From Parcubacteria group bacterium Gr01-1014_31 (lineage in GTDB: Bacteria; Patescibacteriota; Patescibacteriia; Buchananbacterales; GWA2-38-13): DNA of 64,000 bases. Positions 1 through 9,035 of the stretch are shown here, one piece after another. The DNA lies in the NCBI GenBank assembly GCA_007376135.1, contig VMFR01000007.1, positions 24,287 to 88,286 of the forward strand, written 5' to 3'. How positions within the stretch are numbered: the first letter of the stretch is position 1; the number at the start of each line of letters is the position of its first letter. Below the pieces are notes generated by a model. That model was not told the origin of the DNA. It did no database searches and was given only the letters and a program-made list of their open reading frames with translations. The position numbers and the translations under genes are program-made.

Positions 1-1425
1 CTTGCGGCATTCGCCCGGTCCTACGTTGCCAGTATGTGGGGTATCAAGGCGCCCTTGGTCACCCTGCTACCTTTTCCAGGGTATTTTCTGTTTGGTACCT
101 CATTCCATATTGCGCTGTACTCATTCGTTCCGTTGTGGGCAGTCTTTAACTACGCATTTTATTACCTCGTGTGGCGTCTCACCTCGCTCAGGTCCGTCAC
201 GCTGCTGGCCGTCGTCGTCGCCGATACCATGCCGCTGATGTTCGGGTTATCGCGGCAGTACTTTGTTGAATTTCCATTAGCCGTTCTCGTGGTGGTCTGG
301 CTGGCCTGGTGGTGGCACGCCGTCCGCTGCTCGCGCTGGCGCTGCGTGGTCGGGGTGGGGGTGTTGTCTGGCCTGGGGCTGCTCCTGAAGGTCACTTTTC
401 CCATTTACGTTGCTCTCCCTGCGGTGGTTATGGCCTGGCAGAGCCGCCGCTCCTCCACCTGGCTCATGGGTCGAGGGTTCGCAGTGCTGTTCCTGGCCAT
501 CGCGATCGCCAGTACTTGGTATGGGCCGAATTTTTCAACCGCGATGGATTTTGCCTTCAGCACCAGCTATGGAACTATCGCCAGCGACTTTTCACTTGGT
601 CCGGTCTTTTCTCCCTCGACGATCGTTGCCTACTGGTTGCAGGTATTGCATCAAGGGATATCCGGGTACTATGGCCTTATCGGCGTTATTACGCTGCTGT
701 TCTGGCTGCCGCGATTCTCTTCCGTGCGGACCTCGCGGCCGCATGGCCGAGCCATGATGGTACTCGTGGCGTGGATAGCCGCGCCGTTGTTGGTGTTCAC
801 ATTCGGGGTGAATAAAGAGATCCGGTACATTCTGCCCGCCCTCCCCGCGCTTGCCGCGCTGCTCGCCCTGCTTCTCGATGATGTTGCAGGGAAAAAATTC
901 GGCGTATTTTCTGTTGCGGTCGGCATGCTTGGTGTTGCCGCGTACGTTGGTGTTTCGTTTTGGCCACGGCTGTTTCCACCGGCATTACCGGTGTCTGCCC
1001 TTGATTGGCGCGCGCAGCGCTATTCCTTTGCGCCTGACCCCACCCGTTGGCCCATCCCCGAACTGCACGCGCTCCTGGAATCCGACCGTCAGCGTCGCGG
1101 AGTTGCAGCTCCAGTTACGGCCCTAGTCCTGGCGAGCACGCCTGCCTTCAACCTCTATACCTTGAATTACTATGCCGAGTTAGCCAGCCCGCGGCACATC
1201 GAATACCTGGAAATCCTCTCCCAGGATGAGCAGTATGCCAATCAACTTCTCCAGGCTGCAGCGTATGTGATTGTGAAGAGTGGCGACGATGTCGGTAGCA
1301 CGGCGTTCAACCCTTTCGGTGTGGCATTGCGGGAAAAAATCCGTCACGACGATTCACTTTTCACGTTCATGGCCGAACTTTTTCTCCCGGATGGTTCGGT
1401 TGCGGCGGTGTATCGGCGGCGATGA
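1..1425 (+). CDS. Polytopic integral membrane protein, GT-C-type (ArnT/PMT-like) glycosyltransferase architecture. The 5' end is probably outside the window.
   Basis: The reading frame is open back to position 1 (first ATG at 34). It has more than 10 hydrophobic helices with aromatic-rich loops and ends with a soluble C-terminal region. Family assignment rests on architecture only. Confidence 0.4.
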   Translation, partial: LAAFARSYVASMWGIKAPLVTLLPFPGYFLFGTSFHIALYSFVPLWAVFNYAFYYLVWRLTSLRSVTLLAVVVADTMPLMFGLSRQYFVEFPLAVLVVVWLAWWWHAVRCSRWRCVVGVGVLSGLGLLLKVTFPIYVALPAVVMAWQSRRSSTWLMGRGFAVLFLAIAIASTWYGPNFSTAMDFAFSTSYGTIASDFSLGPVFSPSTIVAYWLQVLHQGISGYYGLIGVITLLFWLPRFSSVRTSRPHGRAMMVLVAWIAAPLLVFTFGVNKEIRYILPALPALAALLALLLDDVAGKKFGVFSVAVGMLGVAAYVGVSFWPRLFPPALPVSALDWRAQRYSFAPDPTRWPIPELHALLESDRQRRGVAAPVTALVLASTPAFNLYTLNYYAELASPRHIEYLEILSQDEQYANQLLQAAAYVIVKSGDDVGSTAFNPFGVALREKIRHDDSLFTFMAELFLPDGSVAAVYRRR

Positions 1426-1489
1426 GGGTGCCGGGCATTGATTGTCGCGGTTTGCGACCTGTGCTACTAATATATTGAAAGGTATCAAT

Positions 1490-1879
1490 ATGAAAGTCGT
1501 GCAGCAAAAAAAAGTGCTCATCGTTGAGGACGAGCCAAGTTTGCTGGAGCTGTACCGGTTGGCGTTGGAGCAGGCGGGGTTTTCGCTGTTCACGGCCGTC
1601 AACGGCGACGCCGGCTACTTATTGGCCAAGGGTAATCCCGTGGATCTGATCCTGCTAGATATTCTCATGCCCAAGGTGGACGGCTACGCAGCCCTGCGGC
1701 ACCTGAAAAATGACCCGGACACCAAGGAAATTCCGGTCATCATTTTTTCCAATTTGAGCCAGAAAGAGGAGATCGAAAAGGGGTTAAAACTCGGGGCCAA
1801 GGATTTCGTCGTGAAAACCAGCGTGACCCCCAAGGCGTTGGTGGAAAAGGTAAAACAGTGGGTCAGTGGCGACGTTTGA
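1490..1879 (+). CDS. Stand-alone response regulator receiver (CheY-like), ~130 aa, no output domain
   Basis: MKVVQQKKVLIVEDEP...DLILLDILMP...KD at the end. This is the classic receiver acidic pocket, phospho-Asp and conserved Lys pattern. The internal ATG at 1490 has a better context than the ORF-track start at 1442. Confidence 0.8.
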   Translation: MKVVQQKKVLIVEDEPSLLELYRLALEQAGFSLFTAVNGDAGYLLAKGNPVDLILLDILMPKVDGYAALRHLKNDPDTKEIPVIIFSNLSQKEEIEKGLKLGAKDFVVKTSVTPKALVEKVKQWVSGDV

Positions 1880-1913
1880 CCGGGGCAGGGTTCCGTCCTA
1901 CAATATTTCCATT

Positions 1914-2129
1914 ATGAAAAAGCCCGTCGTGGACCGCGCCAAGTGCATCGGGGCCGCCGCTTGCGAGTCGGTCTGTCCCGAAGTATTCAAAGTGGATACC
2001 GAAGGCAAGGCCACCGTCATGGACGGCATAGACTACGAAAAGTATAAGGATAAGATCGCCGATGCCATTGAAATGTGCCCGGTCGCCGCGATCGCCTGGG
2101 AAGAGCATGAAGAAAATCCGGGGAACTAG
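1914..2129 (+). CDS. Small single-cluster ferredoxin (~71 aa)
   Basis: CIGAAACESVCP ... MCP cysteine motif of short [4Fe-4S]/[3Fe-4S] ferredoxins. Start taken at internal MKKPVV (1914). Confidence 0.65.
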   Translation: MKKPVVDRAKCIGAAACESVCPEVFKVDTEGKATVMDGIDYEKYKDKIADAIEMCPVAAIAWEEHEENPGN

Positions 2130-2221
2130 CCGCCATTCCGGGTTCGGGAAAACCGCCTAACGGCGGTTTTTTGGTTGACGTCGCGTCAAAATCGGTGCTA
2201 ACGTAAGCAAATAGTACGCGT

Positions 2222-5200
2222 ATGGAAACGGAAGAACCCCGGCAGAAAAAATCTTGGCCCGCGGAAGAGGAAATAATTCTTGCCCGCTGGCAGAAGGGAA
2301 AAATCTTTTCCAAAACTTTGGCGCGTAAATCGCCAAAAGGGAATTTTGTGTTCTACGAAGGGCCGCCGACGGCGAACGCCGCCCCCGGGGTGCACCATGT
2401 GTTGGCGCGTGTCTTCAAGGACATTATCGTCCGCTTCCGCACGATGCAGGGCTACCACGTGGAACGAAAGGCCGGCTGGGACACTCACGGCTTGCCGGTG
2501 GAGCTGCAGGTGGAAAAAAAGCTGGGTCTGAAGTCCAAACCCGAGATCGAAACGTACGGCATTGCCAAGTTCAACGCCGAATGCCGAGAGCTCGTCTGGC
2601 AATTCAAGGACGACTGGGAAAAATTGACCGAGCGTATCGGGTTTTGGCTGGACCTGAAACGTCCGTACGTCACGTATGAGAACGACTACATTGAGAGCGT
2701 GTGGTCGGTCATCGCGAAGGCGCACGCGCGCGAGCTGTTGTACCAAGGCCACAAGGTGGTGCCGTACTGCCCGCGCTGTGGCACTTCCCTGTCATCTCAT
2801 GAAGTGGCGCTTGGGTACCGAAAGATCAAGGAAGACTCCGTCTACGTCAAATGCCGCGTCACCGTTGGCAACCAGTTCGTGCAGAAGGGCGATTTCATCC
2901 TGACCTGGACGACCACGCCGTGGACGCTGCCGGGTAACGTCGCGTTGGCAGTCGGGCCGGATATTGATTATGTATTGGTAGAATTCTCCGATCAGAAAAG
3001 AGATGAAGAAGGAAATGTTGGGCATTTCAGAGCGGTAGTGGCGAAAAGTATTTTTGAATTATGGAAAAATCATCACGATTTGCCACACGATAGTCCACAC
3101 TTCCAATTCATTAGAGAAGGGGGCATTGAATATTTTTCTGGCATCTTAACAGATAAAGGAGAGGGTGCCGGTGGTAACCGCCCTCCGAAGGTCATTCACG
3201 AATTTCGGGGGAAAGATTTGGTTGGCGTTGAATATAAACCATTGTTTCCGGGAGCAGTAGAAAAAGGCAATGCAAAAGTTACTTGGCAAGTTGTACCAGC
3301 AGATTTTGTCACAACCACCGACGGCACGGGCGTCGTGCACACCGCAGTGATGTACGGCGAGGATGACTACCGGCTGGGTGAACAGGTTGGGCTGCCCAAA
3401 CAGCATACCGTCGGGCTGGACGGAAAATTTTTACCGCGCGTTACCGGTTTGGCCGGAAAATACGTGAAGGCCAAAGACACGCAGGAACTCATCTACGACC
3501 ATCTCAAGCGCAATGGCGCTTTCATGCAGACCGCACTTTACGAACACGACTATCCGTTCTGCTGGCGCTGCGATTCGCCGCTCCTGTACTACGCCAAGGA
3601 TTCGTGGTTTGTAGCGATGACCAAGGTGAAAGATGAGCTGCTCAAGAATGCTGAGCAGATCTCCTGGGAGCCCGCGCATATAAAAGAGGGGCGATTCGGC
3701 GAGTGGATCTCCGGCGTCAAAGACTGGGCCATTTCGCGCGAGCGGTATTGGGGAACGCCGCTTCCGGTCTGGGAATGCCGCGGCGGCAGAAGCAGGAAGC
3801 AGGAAGCAGGAAGCAGGGAATCGGCCGGTGAAGGTTGTGGCCATTGGCAGGTGGTGGGGTCGGTGGCGGAACTCAAAAAGTTGGCCAAAAAGATCCCGAA
3901 GGACTTGCATCGGCCGTTCATCGACGCAGTGACCTTCTCGTGTGCGGCGTGCGGCGGGACCATGCGGCGCGTCCCTGAAGTGATGGACGTGTGGCTGGAT
4001 TCCGGCTCGATGCCGTTCGCGCAGTATCATTATCCCTTCGAGAATGAAGAATTGATCGATGGTAAATTATCAACCACGAAATCCAAAAAAACCTACAAGC
4101 TACCACCTACAAGCTACAAGCTCGGAGCACAGTATCCGGCCGACTACATCTGCGAGGCCATTGACCAGACGCGCGGGTGGTTTTACACCCTGCTGGCCGT
4201 TTCCACCATCATGGGTAAAGGCACCAGTTACCGCAATGTGATTTGCCTGGGCCATATCAACGACGCCAGCGGCCGCAAGATGTCCAAGTCCAAGGGCAAC
4301 ATCGTCAACCCCTGGGATGTCATCAACAAGTTCGGCACCGACCCGCTGCGTTGGTACCTCTACACCATCAACCAGCCGGGCGAGGCCAAGAATTTCGATC
4401 TCAAGCAGATCGACGAGGTCGTCAAAAAAGTATTCCTCATCCTGCAAAACGTCGTGGCGTTCTACCGGCTGTATGTACCCAATCCTAAGGCGCAGGTGGT
4501 TCCCCCGAGAACGGAGCACGTGTTGGACCTATGGATCCTCGCGCGGATTTCCCAGTTGAGCGTGACCGTCACCGAAGCGCTGTCCCGGTATGGGGTTATC
4601 GAAGCGGCGCGGCCGATGAGCGACTTCATCACCGACCTGTCCACGTGGTATGTGCGCCGTTCGCGCGACCGCTTCAAGGCCGGCGACCCCGAGGCGATGG
4701 CCACCCTGGGGTACGTACTGCTGCAGACCGCAAAACTTTTAGCGCCGTTTACGCCGTTCTTTGCTGAATATGTGTACCGGGAAGTCGGCGGCAAGCTCGC
4801 CTCGGTGCATTTGGAAGACTGGCCGAAGCGGGAGTCCGTTGACCCGGTCGCGCTGGAAGCGATGACCAAAGCTCGGGCCGTGGTGACCGAGGGCTTGGCG
4901 CTGCGGATGTCAGCCGGGCTGAAGGTGCGCCAGCCGCTGGCCGCCGTTACCGGCCCCGCGATCGGGGCGGAGCTGCAGGATATTGTCAAAGAAGAATTGA
5001 ACGTGTTAGAGTATCGGACCGGCACGACCGTGGCGCTGGACACCGCGATGACCGACCAGCTGCGGGTTGCCGGGTTGGCGCGGGAATTGGTGCGGTGCAT
5101 CAACAACCTGCGCAAGGCGGCTGCGCTGACGGTTGCCGACCGGATCGCCGTCACCTACGACGGCGCACTCGATGACGTACTGGCGTCGCACCGCGACGAG

Positions 5201-5302
5201 GTGCTGCGCAAGACCAATGCCCTCACGATTACCACCGGAACGGGAGGAGAGCCGGTGACGCTGAACGACCGCGCAATTCTGCTGCGGATATCCAAGGTAT
5301 AA
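2222..5302 (+). CDS. ileS: Isoleucyl-tRNA synthetase
   Basis: 1026 aa. HIGH-region PPTANAAPGVHH, WTTTPWTLPGN (IleS CP1 signature), KMSKS, zinc-knuckle Cys pairs, and a C-terminal anticodon-binding region. Confidence 0.9.
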   Translation: METEEPRQKKSWPAEEEIILARWQKGKIFSKTLARKSPKGNFVFYEGPPTANAAPGVHHVLARVFKDIIVRFRTMQGYHVERKAGWDTHGLPVELQVEKKLGLKSKPEIETYGIAKFNAECRELVWQFKDDWEKLTERIGFWLDLKRPYVTYENDYIESVWSVIAKAHARELLYQGHKVVPYCPRCGTSLSSHEVALGYRKIKEDSVYVKCRVTVGNQFVQKGDFILTWTTTPWTLPGNVALAVGPDIDYVLVEFSDQKRDEEGNVGHFRAVVAKSIFELWKNHHDLPHDSPHFQFIREGGIEYFSGILTDKGEGAGGNRPPKVIHEFRGKDLVGVEYKPLFPGAVEKGNAKVTWQVVPADFVTTTDGTGVVHTAVMYGEDDYRLGEQVGLPKQHTVGLDGKFLPRVTGLAGKYVKAKDTQELIYDHLKRNGAFMQTALYEHDYPFCWRCDSPLLYYAKDSWFVAMTKVKDELLKNAEQISWEPAHIKEGRFGEWISGVKDWAISRERYWGTPLPVWECRGGRSRKQEAGSRESAGEGCGHWQVVGSVAELKKLAKKIPKDLHRPFIDAVTFSCAACGGTMRRVPEVMDVWLDSGSMPFAQYHYPFENEELIDGKLSTTKSKKTYKLPPTSYKLGAQYPADYICEAIDQTRGWFYTLLAVSTIMGKGTSYRNVICLGHINDASGRKMSKSKGNIVNPWDVINKFGTDPLRWYLYTINQPGEAKNFDLKQIDEVVKKVFLILQNVVAFYRLYVPNPKAQVVPPRTEHVLDLWILARISQLSVTVTEALSRYGVIEAARPMSDFITDLSTWYVRRSRDRFKAGDPEAMATLGYVLLQTAKLLAPFTPFFAEYVYREVGGKLASVHLEDWPKRESVDPVALEAMTKARAVVTEGLALRMSAGLKVRQPLAAVTGPAIGAELQDIVKEELNVLEYRTGTTVALDTAMTDQLRVAGLARELVRCINNLRKAAALTVADRIAVTYDGALDDVLASHRDEVLRKTNALTITTGTGGEPVTLNDRAILLRISKV
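3790..3817 (+). repeat. Heptanucleotide tandem repeat (aagcagg)x4 inside ileS
   Basis: Direct reading of ...cagaagcaggaagcaggaagcaggaagcaggg... It encodes a low-complexity insert (RSRKQEAGSRESAG) between the zinc-knuckle cysteines. Confidence 0.8.
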
Positions 5303-5305
5303 ATT

Positions 5306-6298
5306 ATGTCCATGACGATCAAGCAAATCTACCAACTCGCCATTCAGCTGGGGAAACTTTCCGATCTGCGCGGCCAAAAATCCGTCGCCAAGGTGCTGGC
5401 CCGTGCCCAGGCGCGGTACGACCACACCCCGGAAAACGACCGCTGGGAACTGGATCCGGAGGCCACGGTGAACCCTTATCTGGATTCGCGCGTGCTCTTC
5501 GACCATGGGCGTCCTGTGCGTAAAGTGTTGGCGGGTATCGATATCACCCCGTCGGATCTCATTATCGCCAAACAGTTGGGCTGCGACCTGGTCATTGCCC
5601 ACCACCCGGCGGGCGAAGGGTTGGCGGATCTGCACGACGTCATGCACCTGCAGGCCGAGGTGATGGCGCTCTACGGCATGCCCATCAACATCGCGGAGTC
5701 CTTGATGCGCGAGCGCATCACAGAGGTGGCTCACGGGGTGTCCGCGTCCAACCACCACCGCACGGTGGATGCCGCCCGGTTGCTGGACATCGGGTTTGCG
5801 TGCACGCACACGTGCACCGACAACCAAGCCGCGAAATTTTTGGATGGCGTCATCCGGCGCGCCAACCCCGAAACGCTGGGGGAGATCATTGCCGCACTCA
5901 AGACCGTGCCGGAGTACCGCGAGGCAATCAAGCGCAAGGCTGGCCCGTTCATCATGGTGGGCACGCCTGAATCGTCGACGGGTAAGATCGTGCTGACCGA
6001 TATCACCGGCGGTACCGAAGGGGCGGTCGGCATTTACGAGAAAATGTCGCAGTACGGGTTTGGCACGATCATCGGGATGCACATGGACAAGGAGCGCAAG
6101 AAAGAGGCGGCGAAGTACCACATCAACGTGGTCATCGCCGGCCATATGTCGTCCGATTCGCTCGGCATGAACCTAATGTTGGACCAGCTGGAACGCCGCG
6201 GTGTGGAAATCATTCCCGCAGCCGGGCTTATCCGCGTCAGCCGCGCCAAGGCCGCCACTCGTACGAAGGCGAGCAAGCCCACGAAGCGTCGTCGTTAA
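5306..6298 (+). CDS. Nif3/YqfO-family dinuclear-metal-centre protein (GTP cyclohydrolase 1 type 2 homologue)
   Basis: 330 aa. Conserved AHHP and metal-ligand His/Glu pattern typical of the NIF3 family. Basic C-terminal tail. Confidence 0.55.
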   Translation: MSMTIKQIYQLAIQLGKLSDLRGQKSVAKVLARAQARYDHTPENDRWELDPEATVNPYLDSRVLFDHGRPVRKVLAGIDITPSDLIIAKQLGCDLVIAHHPAGEGLADLHDVMHLQAEVMALYGMPINIAESLMRERITEVAHGVSASNHHRTVDAARLLDIGFACTHTCTDNQAAKFLDGVIRRANPETLGEIIAALKTVPEYREAIKRKAGPFIMVGTPESSTGKIVLTDITGGTEGAVGIYEKMSQYGFGTIIGMHMDKERKKEAAKYHINVVIAGHMSSDSLGMNLMLDQLERRGVEIIPAAGLIRVSRAKAATRTKASKPTKRRR

Positions 6299-6314
6299 AT
6301 TTTTCGGGGCACAC

Positions 6315-6344
6315 AAAAAAGCACGCCCAACGGCGTGCTTTTTG
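6315..6344 (+). terminator. Rho-independent terminator after the Nif3-like gene
   Basis: aaaaaagcacgcc-caac-ggcgtgcttttt hairpin followed by a T-run. Confidence 0.6.
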
Positions 6345-6401
6345 GACAGAAGAAATGAAGCATTGCCCCGTAAGCGGACGGGTATTCTGGAGGTGGAAAA
6401 T

Positions 6402-6434
6402 AAAAAAAGCGGCAATCGTTGGGAGCGATTGCCG
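6402..6434 (-). terminator. Rho-independent terminator for the minus-strand gene ending at 6461
   Basis: On the minus strand this reads cggcaatcg...cgattgccg stem followed by cttttttt. Confidence 0.5.
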
Positions 6435-6460
6435 TTGTTGGTGAAGAACAGTGAATGCGC

Positions 6461-7600
6461 TTAGAGCGCGGCGCACGCTACGCGAAGGTGGTCGCGGCTC
6501 TTGCGCACGCGGGTGCGGTCGGGTTCTTTCGAACCCAAGGTGGCGATGGTGGCGCGGAATTTTTCCGCGAGCGTGGGAACCACCGGCGTGCGCAGGTGGG
6601 CGTCATCGAGCGTCGCGAGACGAGAGAGCAGGTCCTCCAGGCGTCGCAGGTAGCGGTCGACCTGCAGGTCGCCGTTCAGGGCATCCATCTGGATCTCCAG
6701 CAGCAGGTCGGAAATGTCGGCCTGCAGCCGCTTGAGGCGGATCGCCGTTGCCAGCCGCCGCAGGGCCGCCAGCGCGACGTCGCGGTCATTGGCGTACAAT
6801 GCGTTGATGGTGGCGCGGAAGTCCGCGCTGCAGGCGCGTGCCCAGTTGGTCCAGCCGCCGAACGGCACGAGCTGCTTCACGAAATCGGCATGCGGCCAAA
6901 GTTCGTGCGTGACGGAAAGCAATGTCGCCGAAGCATCGGTGAGGTCTGCCAGGCGGCTGACGGCGCGGTTGATCTCCCGCTCGAGGGTCGGGAGAAACCC
7001 CCCGGCCAGCTGCAGCAGAACCGCGACGTCCTGTTCCCAGTGGGCGTAGTAGCCGAGCCACTCGGCGATGTCGGAGACGCGCTCCACGAACAGCCGGTTT
7101 TTGACCGGCACGAGCCGTGCGGCCAGCGCCCCGGTGTTCAGGCGTCCCTTGGCGTCGCGCAGCGGCACGACCAGCTCGACCTGGACGACGACGTCCTTGA
7201 GGGCGTGGGTGCGGGGCTGCCGCAGCGTGTCCAACACGCGCAGCAGGTCGGTTTTGACCTGGGCGAGTGCCTCGGGGGCGACCCGGCCGGCGCTGAGCGT
7301 GATGTTGGCGCCGCCGCATAGGCTGCGCAGCTCTTCCAGCGTGGGAAGGCGGCGGACGATGGTGCCGTAGTGGGCGAGTTTCAGCCCGCGGTGCAGCGAC
7401 CACACGTCGCGGTACTTCCTCCAGCGGCGCTGCTTCTTATCGCCGCGCCGTTCTCCTTCCTCCCAGTACTGGAGGAAGAATTCGCCCGTACCCTGGGCAA
7501 CGAGGATGCTCTTGGGCAGGTGGGTGATGGGGTGGGTCAGAACGTTTTTGCCGCCGTAAGGCACCCAAACTTTGCGCGGCTCAACCGTAAAGGTCAACAT
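6461..7600 (-). CDS. Hypothetical protein (~379 aa), no recognisable motif
   Basis: Long GC-rich ORF with coding-like composition. Start placed at MLTFTV (7600). No signal peptide, TM segment or catalytic motif was recognised. Confidence 0.45.
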   Translation of the reverse strand: MLTFTVEPRKVWVPYGGKNVLTHPITHLPKSILVAQGTGEFFLQYWEEGERRGDKKQRRWRKYRDVWSLHRGLKLAHYGTIVRRLPTLEELRSLCGGANITLSAGRVAPEALAQVKTDLLRVLDTLRQPRTHALKDVVVQVELVVPLRDAKGRLNTGALAARLVPVKNRLFVERVSDIAEWLGYYAHWEQDVAVLLQLAGGFLPTLEREINRAVSRLADLTDASATLLSVTHELWPHADFVKQLVPFGGWTNWARACSADFRATINALYANDRDVALAALRRLATAIRLKRLQADISDLLLEIQMDALNGDLQVDRYLRRLEDLLSRLATLDDAHLRTPVVPTLAEKFRATIATLGSKEPDRTRVRKSRDHLRVACAAL

Positions 7601-7771
7601 GGAACACGCTCCTTTCGTGGCGTGGGATTGCGGATTGTCGAGGTTCGAAAAACCTTCCCCCAACGCTACTGGGAAAATCGCCGTTTGTCAAGATTTCCCG
7701 TTGCCAAATTGGCTTGCTTTTGCTAACGTTGGGGCACGTCGGCGACATTCTGCCGGCATTCGCTTTCACCT

Positions 7772-8398
7772 ATGATCGCAACGCTGCGTGGCACGGTCAC
7801 CTATGTGCACCCGCCCCTCAAGCGCGGCAACCACCTGGTCGTGGAGGTAGGCGCGGTCGGCTACCGCGTAGAGGTGACCGGCACCTTTGTGCGGCAGACC
7901 AAGGTCGGCGCCCAGTTGCAGCTCTACACGCACCTGGAGGTGCGCGAGGATGCCCAGGAGCTGTTTGGTTTTTCCAGCCGCGACGAGTTGCAGATGTTTG
8001 AGCTGCTTATCACGGTGCAGCGCGTCGGTCCGCGTTCGGCGCTCCATGTGATGGAAGTCGTAACGCCGCTGCAGCTACGCCAGGCCGTGGCCGGCGGCCG
8101 GCCGGAATACCTGGTGGAGCACGCCGGGGTCAGCCAGCGTCTGGCGGAGACGTTGGTTGCCGGATTGCGCGGCAAGCTGGAAGAACTGGCCGCCGGTTCC
8201 GGCGCGGCGCACGGCGCACGGGGCGGCCATGCCGAAGCCAGCGAAGCCCTTCAGGCGCTTGGGTTCTCCGTTCAAGACGTGCAGCGTGCGCTCGTGCAAA
8301 TCCCGCTCGACGACGATTCCAGCGAGGCAGTCATCCGCGCGGCGTTGAAATTACTGGGAGAGCGTTCCACCAAACCGGGGTCGCCCCCCGGCCGTTGA
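7772..8398 (+). CDS. ruvA: Holliday-junction DNA helicase subunit RuvA
   Basis: MIATLRGTV...VGYRV (OB-fold domain I), HhH domain II, flexible linker and C-terminal RuvB-contact domain. Confidence 0.85.
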   Translation: MIATLRGTVTYVHPPLKRGNHLVVEVGAVGYRVEVTGTFVRQTKVGAQLQLYTHLEVREDAQELFGFSSRDELQMFELLITVQRVGPRSALHVMEVVTPLQLRQAVAGGRPEYLVEHAGVSQRLAETLVAGLRGKLEELAAGSGAAHGARGGHAEASEALQALGFSVQDVQRALVQIPLDDDSSEAVIRAALKLLGERSTKPGSPPGR

Positions 8399-8585
8399 AC
8401 CGCCGTTTTTTTTCCGAACATCGCGCCCTTTCCAGACCGGTTTGTCGGCACACCTTTCCCCGCCCCCTCGTAGCTTCCGCCCGAGGCGGATCCGCCTGGG
8501 GCGGACAATGGATACCTACCCCCCAGTTGTCGGGTTTATGGTGAGAAGAAATTGATATTGTTGTTTTGCATGGTTCTTTGCCTTT

Positions 8586-8657
8586 GCGCCCATAGCTCAA
8601 TGGATAGAGCACCGGCCTCCGGAGCCGGTGATCGAGGTTCGAATCCTCGTGGGCGCA
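8586..8657 (+). tRNA. tRNA-Arg (anticodon CCG)
   Basis: Cloverleaf folded by hand. Acceptor GCGCCCA/UGGGCGC, D-arm GCUCAAUGGAUAGAGC, anticodon stem CCGGC/GCCGG with loop CUCCGGA, T-arm CGAGGUUCGAAUCCUCG, discriminator A. CCA is not encoded. Confidence 0.85.
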
Positions 8658-8687
8658 GTGGCAAAGAACTCAGCAGAGGCAGGCGGG

Positions 8688-8767
8688 GAGCACCGGCCTC
8701 CGGCTCGTCCGCCGGAGTCCTGTGAAGGTGGAAGCCGGTGGTCGAGGTTCGAGTCCTTGTGGGCGCA
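8688..8767 (+). pseudogene. Partial tRNA-Arg copy (D-stem 3' side through discriminator) carrying a 29-nt insertion between positions 37 and 38
   Basis: gagcaccggcctccgg[ctcgtccgccggagtcctgtgaaggtgga]agccggtggtcgaggttcgagtccttgtgggcgca. No matching 5' acceptor or D-arm lies upstream. Confidence 0.55.
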
Positions 8768-8932
8768 GTGGTAGGAGGCTGATTTTTTGTTTCCCAAAAT
8801 GTACTTTTCGTAATTGAGGTTATACACACCCCAGCATCTATTTCTATTGATATTTATAAGTAATGAATTTGGTACGATTTTATTTTCGCGAATAAAATTG
8901 TCTTATTTTAGCAAAATATTTATGTTATCCTC

Positions 8933-8961
8933 TTGCCAATTATGGCTTGTCGTGATATAAT
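8933..8961 (+). promoter_or_regulatory. Sigma70-like promoter (TTGCCA-17-TATAAT) inside the AT-rich spacer upstream of the dockerin-module gene
   Basis: Hexamers and a 17-nt spacer read directly from the sequence. Located ~75 nt upstream of the ATG at 9036. Confidence 0.4.
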
Positions 8962-9035
8962 TAATAAGTATTCACATTTCGTCCTAAATTTACTTATTTA
9001 CCCCGCGCCTCATGAGGGCCGGGATTTCGATAGTT

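Noticed and set aside
6455-7403. Plus-strand ORFs 6455-7321 and minus ORF 6786-7403 overlapping the hypothetical gene
   Set aside because: Mutually overlapping alternative frames in GC-rich DNA. Only the 6461-7600 minus frame has protein-like composition throughout, and it is bracketed by a terminator and a divergent promoter region.
8688-8767. Second tRNA-like sequence as a complete intron-containing tRNA gene
   Set aside because: It lacks any 5' acceptor strand or D-arm 5' half. Only the 3' portion is duplicated, so it cannot fold into a cloverleaf on its own.
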